Shown here piece by piece: positions 19,101-27,547 of a stretch of DNA of 32,006 nt. A model generated the notes under the pieces. That model was not told the origin of the DNA, did not search any database, and saw nothing but the letters and a program-made list of their open reading frames with translations. Position 1 is the first letter of the stretch; the number at the start of each line of letters is the position of its first letter. The translations under genes and the position numbers were made by a program. Source of the DNA: a virus. The stretch covers positions 74,019-106,024 of the IMG/VR virus record IMGVR_UViG_3300035492_000103; one strand, written 5' to 3'.

Positions 19101-21041
19101 CGGTAATAATTCAATATATGAAATACCATAAGACTCTAGTGTGTCATTTTTCACCAAACGATATTTACTCGTAACATCAACACTATTTTCTGTTACAGAA
19201 ATCAATCTATGAGCATCTGCTTTACCTAAGAAAACTCTATTGCCAATAAACTGACCTGGAGTCCGACTAATAGTTGAAGATGTTAATACTTTACTTTTCT
19301 GAGAAGCAATTTGTTTGATAACTTGGGTGCTAATTTTTACTGGTAAAGAAGCACTACCAGCTCCAAAATTAATTGTCAATGTTTTGCCTAATGGTATACC
19401 GCCCAGTGTAGCGATACCAGAAATATCTTGAATATCTCCACCTAATGCAGCACATGAATTAGATGCAGTGGGTGTTGCGAATATTTCATTAGTACCAGCT
19501 GTTAATATAACAGTACCAGCTGTATCTGTAGTGGTCTGGAATTGACGCAGAACTGATAAAGATGTATCTGATACTGAACCATCTAATAGGGATTTCACAT
19601 TAGACACAGGTAATCTGAAGACGTTTGCGTAGTTGATAGATTCAACAAGTTCAGATTCAAGAGATGCAGTTAATGCAGGTGAGCCTGGCGCATAAATTGA
19701 ATTAGCACTAGCAATGAACGTAGAGTCTGCTAATCCTGCAGAATTTCTTACATCAAATAGATACACTGCAAGCATATCAGTTGCATTATTATAAGAAACA
19801 TATTTAACTCTAGCTGTACCTAATACGGAACCTGTTGGTACAGAACCAGGAGAAACAAATGTACCAGAATAAAAACTGATTTGTTGATGTTCTACAAAAT
19901 TAGGAATCGTGTTTGCATTAGAAACAACTACAAAATTACCAACTGGTGCGGTAAATGCTGAGTTATTTTCTACTGTTGTGGTTCTTGCCTTTTCGACTTC
20001 AATATATTGAGTTGAAATATTTTCGACTTCAAAACCTTTGACATAAGCCTTACCAGGTTCCACACCAACAACAAATTTTGAACTATCACCTTGTGGTGGT
20101 TCATATAATCCGTTATTGTCACCTTGTTTTAAGTGCTCACGTACAGTTAAACCGAAAGCAGAAACTGTATAGTCACCAGATTCATCGAATGTTCTACGTG
20201 CAAGAGTTTCTTCTAGTACTGAATAATCCGGTGTTCTTGCTTGTTGTTTTAATTCACCGGTTTCGAATACAGCAAGCTCAATAAAGTTTTCACGGTCGAA
20301 TGTAGAACCTGAAGGATAAAATTCCAGTTCCAGTTCCATTTTTAACCGGTCTGCACCGATAGCATTAAAGTTTGTTGTACCACTTGCATTGTCAAGTAAA
20401 GATGGATCATCTGTATATGAAACAACAGATTCTTTCAATCTAAAACCTACAATAACAGATGGTTCAGATGTATATTTTGAAATAACCAATCTTTGAGCAT
20501 TAGATTGGATAAAATTTCCTTTGATAAAATAGATACCATTTTCAACAGTAAAAACAGAACCTTGGCCTGTACCTACGGTTGTCATAGTAACAATATTCAC
20601 ACCTAATGACGTTCTTAAAGTTAAGGTAGAACCAGATTCAAATTTTGTTGTATCATTGTCATTTGTATCTGTATATTGAACAAAGAACGTAATAGGATCT
20701 GTTAAAGTGTTTGCTTTATACTCAATTACTTTTGCAACACGTCCCAAATTATCAACAAGTTCAACAGTATTGTTAATTAAAAATGGTTCAATATCTAAGA
20801 AATTAACTCCAGAAACTGTCACATATTCAAAATTTAAGTCATAGTTGAATTCACCAGGAATAACCATGGAACCATCTTTGAATACATGATTACCGAACCT
20901 TTTAACTTGTTCCTGTAACATTGTTTGTAGTTGGTTTAATTCCCTAACTTGAACGGCACGACGAGGGACAAATAACATCTTATGGAAGTTTTTGTCCGCT
21001 TGGTAATCGTCAAAGTATGGAGCAATGTTAGTATCGACCAT
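16125..21041 (-). CDS. Large virion structural protein, VrlC/DUF4815-like
   Basis: APYFDDY...VQVRELNQLQTMLQ, LARRTFDESGDY, NRRYTMRDIGKLENRI, RFKNGFIVDNF and DPLAQSF motifs. Confidence 0.88.
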   Translation of the reverse strand: MVDTNIAPYFDDYQADKNFHKMLFVPRRAVQVRELNQLQTMLQEQVKRFGNHVFKDGSMVIPGEFNYDLNFEYVTVSGVNFLDIEPFLINNTVELVDNLGRVAKVIEYKANTLTDPITFFVQYTDTNDNDTTKFESGSTLTLRTSLGVNIVTMTTVGTGQGSVFTVENGIYFIKGNFIQSNAQRLVISKYTSEPSVIVGFRLKESVVSYTDDPSLLDNASGTTNFNAIGADRLKMELELEFYPSGSTFDRENFIELAVFETGELKQQARTPDYSVLEETLARRTFDESGDYTVSAFGLTVREHLKQGDNNGLYEPPQGDSSKFVVGVEPGKAYVKGFEVENISTQYIEVEKARTTTVENNSAFTAPVGNFVVVSNANTIPNFVEHQQISFYSGTFVSPGSVPTGSVLGTARVKYVSYNNATDMLAVYLFDVRNSAGLADSTFIASANSIYAPGSPALTASLESELVESINYANVFRLPVSNVKSLLDGSVSDTSLSVLRQFQTTTDTAGTVILTAGTNEIFATPTASNSCAALGGDIQDISGIATLGGIPLGKTLTINFGAGSASLPVKISTQVIKQIASQKSKVLTSSTISRTPGQFIGNRVFLGKADAHRLISVTENSVDVTSKYRLVKNDTLESYGISYIELLPGQALPSANISINFQYFLHGTGDFFSVDSYSGINYEDIPKIRIGNRDVSLSDVLDFRPRINDAGTAYTGTGGSVSECPVPFTVIRADIEHYLPRIDKVYVTSKGTFGVAKGVPSIAPVEPTTPDNAMVLYKLDVPAYTALASSIQVQYINNRRYTMRDIGKLENRISNLEYYTTLSMLETETEAMQIIDPLTGLNRFKNGFIVDNFVDHSVGSFTLPEYKCSVSSELAELRPEFSTDYVDFQFNSNISSNVTQNGRLITLPYDQVTYLTQLQASGTLNVNPYAVYLWGGQVTLTPASDVWFDTVYTEPEVTFRVFNNGNLTQSWNSWSNNWLGSIEPQNDISLREERIGGFVDMSPIVTTTTTTNTSVVGDRVVNRAVIPFMRSIEVRFKGEGLLPKSRVYAIFDNVNVSAFCKQDGKSYGQAMFTDADGEISGTFLIPNNQSARFRTGTKQFTLIDNPAGNKTTSVSYGDADFTASGTLVSRTQSIVTTQNIVQTVQPRIRFVDPLAQSFLVDKNGGLFVTSIDVFFASKDQSVPVTLEIREMVNGYPGRTVVPNGRVLLKPSQVNVSSNATLNTRFTFANPVYLMEGQEYCFVLLSNCNNYNVFIGTMGEKVVNSNAYITKQPYVGVLFKSQNNSTWTADQNSDMKFVINIAKFQTGVAGIAKFENGYPQAITLGNNPITSVSGSNTLTVNFKNHGLITGALVSVSGIGTAPGIPVGELNTQKEVTVIDNDNFTIQTTTNANTYGTFGGNTVVCTKSVIINTMQPVAEHLVFEGTDVNWTYQGITGKSLDGIETPYLQTDAFSVPVNRNTDLPFPLMIANQIDEQAKITGKSGTITANMITYNENISPVIDLDRIGLITVHNRINSPVTVSELNSTGGNAEARYITNVVGLSESANSLKVFLDVNKPQNADIKVFYRVGNSTEEVNIKSWNELTTIRALTTVDLTTFVEAEYGVDNLPNFGFYQFKIVLLSESSSVIPRVKRLRGLALGT

Positions 21042-21075
21042 TTAATTTGTTCCTAATAAAATTCGCATATAATCG

Positions 21076-21083
21076 TATTTATT
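21076..21083 (-). promoter_or_regulatory. Late promoter AATAAATA
   Basis: NNTAAATA in the 45-bp gap before the VrlC-like gene. Confidence 0.6.
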
Positions 21084-21086
21084 CAT

Positions 21087-22400
21087 TTAGAATGTAATGA
21101 CCATTCTAACTTCTTCTGATTGTCCATTTGCTCTATTAATTAAAACACGGTTAGATTGATATAAAATGTTACCAGAACCATATTGTAATTCTGATGCAGC
21201 AACAACGGGTGCAACTAATGGAATATTCACGTTAGAAAAAACAGTTTGAATATTTGTTGAAATTGTACCATTTGTTAAAGTATCACCTTGACTAAATGTT
21301 CCTAAAACATTAGATAACCAAATAATATTGGAATCAATTTCAATTAATCTAATTATTGCTGTGGCACCAGATAGAGTTCCGTTAACAGTATCACCAACAG
21401 AGAACCCGTTTGTATCTCCTACAATCAATCTTGTACCATATTGACCAGATGCTATAGGTTTTGAAATAATACCAGCTTGTCTAAATGAAGTGATAGGAAA
21501 TAATCCACCTTCAGAACCATTTAGTGTTGTTTTAATCATTTTATGTGTACCACCTAATTCAAGGACACTATCTTTACCATGTCCATTAATAGGAGATAAA
21601 ATTGGTATGACTTGAGCTGGTGTAATATTTAAACCTTGTACAGTAGTCGATGCTTGTGTATATCCAGAACCAGGATTTGTAATTAAAATTCTATCTATGC
21701 CACCATCTATAGGACTCACTTGGACGATAGCTGTTGCACCAGTACCATTACCAGTAATCTGTACAGTAGGTACATTAACCGTGTCATATCCAGAACCCCT
21801 GGAATTAATTTTAATATCATGAATACCACCAGGTATTGCATTTTCCTGTACCAGCCATTGGGATGAACCATCGTTTTGTTGTAATGTATAGACTGGCATC
21901 CATTCTGAAGTTAAGAAATTAAATACATCACTTGCACGAATAGTGTACATAAATTTCCAACAATAACCATCAGGTGTATAGAATGGCGTTAATTGTTGTG
22001 ATGTTGGTCTAACCGTAGAAGGAACCCCACCATTATTACTTAGACACTTATATACATTAAATTCATCGGTCATTACATAAAATCTGAATCTTCGGCCGTC
22101 AATATCTCGACCGTCAACCATGTTTTGTCTATGATCAAATGAGTCGTAAATATCACCAGAAATCCAATTAATACGATGAATGACAGATGATGTATTGCTT
22201 GGTTCAATTTTCTTCAATGCAAGTATATTGTCAAAGAGTTCGATTTTTTCTTCTGTAGAATCCAAAATCAAATCTGGCATTTCTTCATCTTGCCAAGGTG
22301 TATTTTTACCGATAAACAGATATGAAGGTTCTTTGGCCAATCTAGTGACCAAAGCATCAGCATTTAAAATTCGTAAAGGGTTGTTGATAATGCTAGGCAT
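21087..22400 (-). CDS. gp8: Baseplate wedge subunit (gp8-like)
   Basis: YLFIGKNTPW, FYVMTDEFNVYKCLSNN and TPDGYCWKFMYTI motifs; start at ATG 22400 (SD GGAG). Confidence 0.85.
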   Translation of the reverse strand: MPSIINNPLRILNADALVTRLAKEPSYLFIGKNTPWQDEEMPDLILDSTEEKIELFDNILALKKIEPSNTSSVIHRINWISGDIYDSFDHRQNMVDGRDIDGRRFRFYVMTDEFNVYKCLSNNGGVPSTVRPTSQQLTPFYTPDGYCWKFMYTIRASDVFNFLTSEWMPVYTLQQNDGSSQWLVQENAIPGGIHDIKINSRGSGYDTVNVPTVQITGNGTGATAIVQVSPIDGGIDRILITNPGSGYTQASTTVQGLNITPAQVIPILSPINGHGKDSVLELGGTHKMIKTTLNGSEGGLFPITSFRQAGIISKPIASGQYGTRLIVGDTNGFSVGDTVNGTLSGATAIIRLIEIDSNIIWLSNVLGTFSQGDTLTNGTISTNIQTVFSNVNIPLVAPVVAASELQYGSGNILYQSNRVLINRANGQSEEVRMVITF

Positions 22401-22430
22401 TGTTGTCTCCAAAGACTTTCATTTATTAGT

Positions 22431-22438
22431 TATTTATA
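22431..22438 (-). promoter_or_regulatory. Late promoter TATAAATA for gp8
   Basis: Exact consensus, intergenic. Confidence 0.8.
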
Positions 22439-22441
22439 GTG

Positions 22442-23251
22442 TTAAAACCTTTCTTCCCAGAAAGCATGAAATGTACCAATAACTTGGTTGTTGGAAGTAT
22501 TCTGAAAAACAAAGTAATAAACACCTGGTGCAACACCTCGCTCATCAGCTATACTTCCGCCTATTGACGACCTTTGTGCAGTTGAACTTGTTTTCGACAA
22601 TCTACTAACATCGATAATTGTTCCACCTGCCATAGATCCGCCATCCTGTAATATGTTTAATGGTTCCACAACAGGAGCAACAGTCATTCTATTTTTAGGT
22701 ATTCTAGGTAATGAACCGGTTGGGGCTACTGTATCAGCACCACCAGCAACTGTCAGTAATCTTATCCCACCAGATTCTAAAACGACACTCATATTCCAAA
22801 AAATTGTATTCCTATTCACCGTAACTTTGACCGTATAAGTGCCACCAGTAGGAATATCCAATTCTTTAAATGTTCTAAATTCACGTCCTTCGAAAAATCC
22901 AGTTTGACCAACATCCACTCGAATTCGTCTAAATCCTTCTACTGTAGATGTGTACATATCTTGAGCAAGTTCAACTGAAGCAAATGGCATAATAGTCTGA
23001 GTCAATTCTTGAATCAGAATTTTACCATTAGATGAACCTCTAATCATAACAGATTCATCTTCTCTTCCATGAACTAGAACAGTCTGAGCAGGCCATATAG
23101 GGAATCCAGTAAAAATAGATAAATCTTCACTTTGACTAGCATAGACTATACTTGTTGTGTTATTAGTTATAATCAAACTTGTACCGATTGGAATACTGAA
23201 CAAGTCATAGACATCGAATGTCTGATTAGACGATAGATTAAGTTCATGCAT
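22442..23251 (-). CDS. Hypothetical late, probably structural, protein
   Basis: SD GGAG, late promoter upstream, G/S/T/V-rich composition. Confidence 0.75.
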   Translation of the reverse strand: MHELNLSSNQTFDVYDLFSIPIGTSLIITNNTTSIVYASQSEDLSIFTGFPIWPAQTVLVHGREDESVMIRGSSNGKILIQELTQTIMPFASVELAQDMYTSTVEGFRRIRVDVGQTGFFEGREFRTFKELDIPTGGTYTVKVTVNRNTIFWNMSVVLESGGIRLLTVAGGADTVAPTGSLPRIPKNRMTVAPVVEPLNILQDGGSMAGGTIIDVSRLSKTSSTAQRSSIGGSIADERGVAPGVYYFVFQNTSNNQVIGTFHAFWEERF

Positions 23252-23262
23252 GACTTGTCTCC

Positions 23263-23321
23263 AAAATATTTTAAATTATTTATCACAAAAGTGTTGACAA
23301 GATTTCCGAAGTGTATATACT
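23263..23321 (+). promoter_or_regulatory. Sigma70-type early promoter
   Basis: TTGACA (23294-23299), 16 bp, TATACT (23316-23321); upstream element shared with 14210-14247. Confidence 0.8.
23277..23284 (-). promoter_or_regulatory. Late promoter GATAAATA
   Basis: NNTAAATA 25 nt upstream of ATG 23251. Confidence 0.65.
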
Positions 23322-23422
23322 GGGCGTATGCCGTTACCCCCAGTGAATTGAAAGTGAAATTCTGTACTTGGATTTTTAATTTAATTAGGAAACTAATTGG
23401 TAAAATAAATTCAAAATAACTA

Positions 23423-23451
23423 TAGACAGAGATAAAAAATTAATTTATAAT
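23423..23451 (+). promoter_or_regulatory. Second sigma70-type promoter
   Basis: TAGACA (23423-23428), 17 bp, TATAAT (23446-23451). Confidence 0.7.
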
Positions 23452-23484
23452 TGTTTTTAGGTTAAGTGAAGAGGTACATATATC

Positions 23485-23682
23485 ATGGAATTAGGTTCAA
23501 TTTTATTTTTAGCATCATTCTCAATTCTAATCTGGATATTCCTAGCTGGAACCACTCTGAATACATTCATGTGGTTGTTCGATAAGAAATCAGCTAAACT
23601 ATCAAAATTCAACTACAATATTTTTGGTTTGGTTGTCATTACAATCATCGGGTTTTTCATCTGTATTGGTGCAGGAGTTTAA
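23485..23682 (+). CDS. Small membrane protein (two hydrophobic segments)
   Basis: SD GAGG; two hydrophobic stretches with a basic loop. Confidence 0.75.
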   Translation: MELGSILFLASFSILIWIFLAGTTLNTFMWLFDKKSAKLSKFNYNIFGLVVITIIGFFICIGAGV

Positions 23683-23683
23683 A

Positions 23684-24187
23684 ATGTTAATCATTATGCG
23701 TGGTACAACTTGTTCTGGCAAAGATACATTTTGCAAATCTTATGCAGAACATAATATCTTATCTAGTGATAAATTCCGTGGTATGTTATTGGGTGATGTA
23801 AAAGACCAATCAAAGAATGCTCTTGTTTTTTCTGAACTCCGAAGAACATTAGAAATGAGAATTCAGAATGGTTGTTTATACACTGTTGTTAACGCAACCA
23901 GTCTAAAATTCAAAGACATTAAAGAATATCTTGATATTGCTATGAAATATTCTGTTCCCGTCAAAGTTATCTCAATTCAACCACCTAGTTTGGAAGAATT
24001 AAAACAGAGAAATATTAAGCGACATGCAGAGACTGGAATTTTAATCCCAGATGAAGTAATAGAGCGCCATTACCAGACATATCAAAATACTGTGGATTCA
24101 TTTCCAGAAAGTCTGATAGCATATTACCCAAGTGCAAAGTACCGTGAATTAAATCAACAATATGAAACAGTGAAGAAGGTAGGTTAA
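23684..24187 (+). CDS. P-loop polynucleotide 5'-kinase (AAA_33, bacterial Pnkp-type)
   Basis: GTTCSGKDT P-loop, SSDKFR (DxxR), TVVNAT and QRNIKR lid motifs; start at ATG 23684 (SD AGGAG). Confidence 0.82.
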   Translation: MLIIMRGTTCSGKDTFCKSYAEHNILSSDKFRGMLLGDVKDQSKNALVFSELRRTLEMRIQNGCLYTVVNATSLKFKDIKEYLDIAMKYSVPVKVISIQPPSLEELKQRNIKRHAETGILIPDEVIERHYQTYQNTVDSFPESLIAYYPSAKYRELNQQYETVKKVG

Positions 24188-24188
24188 T

Positions 24189-24677
24189 ATGACAAAATTA
24201 TATGATGAAGACCGTGATGCTTTTGAACTAGACAAGGCCGGTGGGTACTACTCTCGTCATGTTATAGCCATGACAAAAGAAGGGCTACATAACAAATCAG
24301 ATATTGTGGCAGAACTTGCATACAGAGATATGGTTATTGATGGGTTAAAAGCACAGGTTGAGCAGTTACGTAAAGATTCCTTAGTTGCTTTTGGAGATGG
24401 TTTTTACGATGGTTACCTGCATTACGCTAAGTTGTGTGGCGATGATGATTTTATAGATAACGCAATCAGGCAGTCTGAGCTTGCAGAAGCTGAAAGTATA
24501 TATGGTAAGAAAGTTGGCTCAAGCGTAAGAGTTGCAGAAATTAAAGCACAGGCTGTTGCAGAATTCGCAGATGAAGTTATTAACCATTTTGAATGCTGCA
24601 ATTACAATCTAACTAGGCAAACTTTAAAGTGCTATTTACATGAACATCTACGTCAACAGGTAAAGGGGGGATTTTGA
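24189..24677 (+). CDS. Hypothetical protein, temperate-phage Ead/Ea22-like C-terminus
   Basis: AEIKAQAVAEFA...LRQQVKGG ending; coupled spacing. Confidence 0.65.
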   Translation: MTKLYDEDRDAFELDKAGGYYSRHVIAMTKEGLHNKSDIVAELAYRDMVIDGLKAQVEQLRKDSLVAFGDGFYDGYLHYAKLCGDDDFIDNAIRQSELAEAESIYGKKVGSSVRVAEIKAQAVAEFADEVINHFECCNYNLTRQTLKCYLHEHLRQQVKGGF

Positions 24678-24678
24678 T

Positions 24679-25011
24679 ATGCATGATATTCAATACGGCG
24701 TTCATGCTGATGGAGTTAAGTTCGGAAGTGATAGATTTGCATCGCCAACAGTAAAACTTGGTGACGGTAAAACATTAATCGCATCAGTGGGTTTTAAAAA
24801 TTCCACTGGCATAGTCTTTACAGAAAGTGACGGTGATCCTTTTGATAAGTGGGAAAACGGTGAAAAAGCATACTTGGTTAATGAATGTCCAGAAAAAGAA
24901 AAGATATACATTGTGTTTACAGACCCTAGAAGCATAGATGCAACAATAGCTCAGCTATTGGTTGCTAAGGATATGCTGCTGGATTTGAAGCAGGCTAAGG
25001 GGGGGGAGTGA
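24679..25011 (+). CDS. Hypothetical protein
   Basis: Tightly packed ORF with G-rich SD. Confidence 0.75.
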   Translation: MHDIQYGVHADGVKFGSDRFASPTVKLGDGKTLIASVGFKNSTGIVFTESDGDPFDKWENGEKAYLVNECPEKEKIYIVFTDPRSIDATIAQLLVAKDMLLDLKQAKGGE

Positions 25012-25223
25012 TGAATACTAAAACTACCTTCACAATGTTAGCTTTGCTGGCTTGGATGGTAACATTTTGTGTAATTGTCGTATCTGCACTCCAAGCCAGT
25101 TGTTTCTTTCTGCATGACACATATCAGAAAAAATTATTGTTAACTTCTTTGGTTAATATGGTTTGTGTGGTGTATTTGATTTCAATTAGGTTTTACAGTA
25201 AACAAAACATTGGAGATGAGTAG
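25008..25223 (+). CDS. Small membrane protein
   Basis: Two hydrophobic segments; overlaps the previous stop. Confidence 0.65.
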   Translation: MMNTKTTFTMLALLAWMVTFCVIVVSALQASCFFLHDTYQKKLLLTSLVNMVCVVYLISIRFYSKQNIGDE

Positions 25224-25477
25224 TGGAATACTTTTTGCTTTTATGGACATTTTTGTTATGTTTATGGACATGGGTAATCATCGTATTAAAATCAGACGAC
25301 AAAGAACTTGTCGTCTGGGCTAATCTTTACAAAAGATATGATGGTCAAATACTAATCGGAGCTGTAAAAGATAAAAGAAGTGACTGTATATCGGTTGGTA
25401 GATTCGCAAGTGCAAAATCTGAGTATTTGGGAACGTTCAAAATATATAAACAGCAGATAATAAATGGAGATGAATAA
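25223..25477 (+). CDS. Hypothetical protein with N-terminal membrane anchor
   Basis: SD GGAG, GTG start overlapping TAG, hydrophobic N-terminus. Confidence 0.7.
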   Translation: MEYFLLLWTFLLCLWTWVIIVLKSDDKELVVWANLYKRYDGQILIGAVKDKRSDCISVGRFASAKSEYLGTFKIYKQQIINGDE

Positions 25478-25980
25478 TGGCCAAACATATTGATTTTGAA
25501 TTTGTAACACAGGATGATTGTTTAGAGAAGATGTTCCCATGTGACTTACGTGCTCTGGTCTCAGAACGAGATTATTTTCGTACTCTGTTGGACAAACACG
25601 GAATTTGTACAAAGTGTGGAGAAATCTATAGTCACGAAATTGAGGAACCTTTTGCACATTGCGGCTGTGGCACATCAGAATGGTATAATTTTACTCCATA
25701 CATGGAATTACAAAACAAACTGCACTCATCCATACAAAACCATGAAGTTAATAATGAATTGTACGCAGTAGAAGTTTCCTATGGGGACGGGTATACATGG
25801 TCTGCTGGCAGTGTTGATTTATACTGTCGGGACAAAGAACAACTGGAAGAACTTAGAGATGAATTTGAGATTTTGAATAACGATCCCGATACAGCATTTA
25901 GTGTAGTACCAATCAAAGTAGTGGACAAAATCTCTGACGAAGAAATAAAGAACTTTAAAGAATCGTGGGGATTAACATGA
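25477..25980 (+). CDS. Hypothetical zinc-ribbon protein
   Basis: CTKC...HCGC motif; SD GGAG; TAATG coupling. Confidence 0.75.
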   Translation: MAKHIDFEFVTQDDCLEKMFPCDLRALVSERDYFRTLLDKHGICTKCGEIYSHEIEEPFAHCGCGTSEWYNFTPYMELQNKLHSSIQNHEVNNELYAVEVSYGDGYTWSAGSVDLYCRDKEQLEELRDEFEILNNDPDTAFSVVPIKVVDKISDEEIKNFKESWGLT

Positions 25981-26173
25981 AAAAATTTGTTATTAGATTT
26001 TTGGCTCAGGCATTAGCCCAGAATATACGGGCATTGTTGCATCCATTGAGATAAATGCTCAAGATCAATATTGTGCAAAAGAGATAGCAAACAGAATGTT
26101 GGGTAGTAATTTCTCATACTATACTGACAGATATGATGTTGTTGAAGTAGAGGAACCCAAACAATGGGCATGA
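25977..26173 (+). pseudogene. Small gene frameshifted at T5 run 25998-26002
   Basis: ATGA-coupled start MKKFVIRF; the -1 frame continues GSGISPEYTG...EEPKQWA* to a TGA that overlaps the next ATG. Confidence 0.6.
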
Positions 26174-26299
26174 TTCTTTATTGTGGTGATTGTGGTAATT
26201 ATCTAATGGGGTAGTGACGGTGAATGTCATGATTGTTATTGTGGATGGAAACAACCAAAAGAAAATGAAGAGGTTAGTGATGTGGAAGATGAGAGTTAG
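26170..26299 (+). pseudogene. Small zinc-finger gene frameshifted at G4 run 26208-26211
   Basis: MILYCGDCGNYLM, then in +1 frame GSDGECHDCYCGWKQ...DES*; the two CxxC halves lie in different frames. Confidence 0.65.
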
Positions 26300-26405
26300 C
26301 TACAGCAAAACGTACTACACATGTAATTTCTCTGGAGTTTGGAAACAAACTGGTATAAAATCTAACATCATTCATGTCAACTTCAAAACCAAGGAGAGAA
26401 TATAA
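26280..26405 (+). CDS. Small hypothetical protein (41 aa)
   Basis: SD GAGG near 26270, ATG 26280; stop abuts the next ATG. Confidence 0.5.
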   Translation: MWKMRVSYSKTYYTCNFSGVWKQTGIKSNIIHVNFKTKERI

Positions 26406-26666
26406 ATGGCAATGTATGCAATTGTTTTTAAAGATAAAGATAACAAACAAGTTGTTTTGACTCGCGAACTGGATGATTGGTGTTGTTTATTTTCAGAGTA
26501 CTCATCCGCTGCTACTATGTTGGTTAAAATTACTGATAGACTTAAGTTTTTGTTAGACGGCGAGCCCAATGAGATTGGTAATTTTATTATTGGATACAGA
26601 ACAGTGAGAAAATACATCAGAACAGAAGACGCAGAGCGATGGACAAGAATTTTAAAAACACTTTAA
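26406..26666 (+). CDS. Hypothetical protein, possibly truncated by a premature TAA (frame reopens to 26744)
   Basis: SD AAGGAG; after TAA 26664-26666 the frame runs 25 more codons to a TGA overlapping the next gene. Confidence 0.7.
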   Translation: MAMYAIVFKDKDNKQVVLTRELDDWCCLFSEYSSAATMLVKITDRLKFLLDGEPNEIGNFIIGYRTVRKYIRTEDAERWTRILKTL

Positions 26667-26736
26667 ATAAAGCGTGTTTCTGATATTATGTTTGTAGATG
26701 GCACATTAATTAGTCGTGATAGCGAGGGTGATAATA

Positions 26737-27546
26737 ATGAGTGAGTTTAAATTTGATCGCAAAGTACATTTCATACCAACCAAAAGTATTAAAAATGAGT
26801 ATGTTTTGGAAGCTGTAAAATATGCTTTAGAGAAGGCCGGTGGAATCATACATAATGGTTTTGCAAAATATGAGTCTTTGAGACACTTCAATGGGTTAAT
26901 TATCTCAATAGATGAAAGTATATGTTTTAGTTTAATTCCAAATGATGATCCTACCTGCATCCCAGTTGAACTTGACCAACTATTCAATCATGTTGATTTT
27001 GTTTGGCCAGAATGGGCGACTGGTTTTGGGTATTTTCCTTATACAGATGCACCAATACCCGTCAGTCATAGACAATCGCTGGTATTTTATAATGAAAATG
27101 TTTATGTTTATGCAGATGGAAAATATAAAGAAGATGTGGGACCATTTGCATTTTCTAAATTTAGTAATGCCCGTAGAGATACACTACAACACATTGCAAC
27201 AAGAATTATCGTGGATGTGCAACAACCACTACCAGAGGTAGGTAAGGTATACTCAGTTAGTTATAACAGTGATACTTCAGAATACTTTGATGCAAAAATT
27301 CTGAGTAATATTGATGGTTCTATCGTGGGAAGATGGTTAGATGGTCCCCGTATTGGTCAGTTGTTTGATTACACAGCTAACGGCCTAGAACACAAATTTA
27401 AACCGGTGGTGTCACAAGAAGAAAAAGATTTCATCAAAAGAGCGTCTGAAATTTTATTCAATTCTGACAAGAAGAACAGCTTCGCAGGTCTATCCAAAGA
27501 CCTTTATGACAATGGATGTCGTTTCGTTAAGAAAGAGGAAGAATAA
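26737..27546 (+). CDS. Hypothetical protein
   Basis: Long ORF; SD GAGG and ATG at 26737. Confidence 0.8.
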   Translation: MSEFKFDRKVHFIPTKSIKNEYVLEAVKYALEKAGGIIHNGFAKYESLRHFNGLIISIDESICFSLIPNDDPTCIPVELDQLFNHVDFVWPEWATGFGYFPYTDAPIPVSHRQSLVFYNENVYVYADGKYKEDVGPFAFSKFSNARRDTLQHIATRIIVDVQQPLPEVGKVYSVSYNSDTSEYFDAKILSNIDGSIVGRWLDGPRIGQLFDYTANGLEHKFKPVVSQEEKDFIKRASEILFNSDKKNSFAGLSKDLYDNGCRFVKKEEE

Positions 27547-27547
27547 G

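Noticed and set aside
16125-21041. VrlC-like gene as a virulence factor
   Set aside because: The name is historical; its context between baseplate and neck genes under a late promoter indicates a virion protein
3731-22838. Short plus-strand ORFs antisense to structural genes (e.g. 3731, 3938, 4856, 6679, 9652, 12395, 16363, 22180) and nested alternative-frame ORFs
   Set aside because: Shadows of well-conserved genes, with no recognisable motifs
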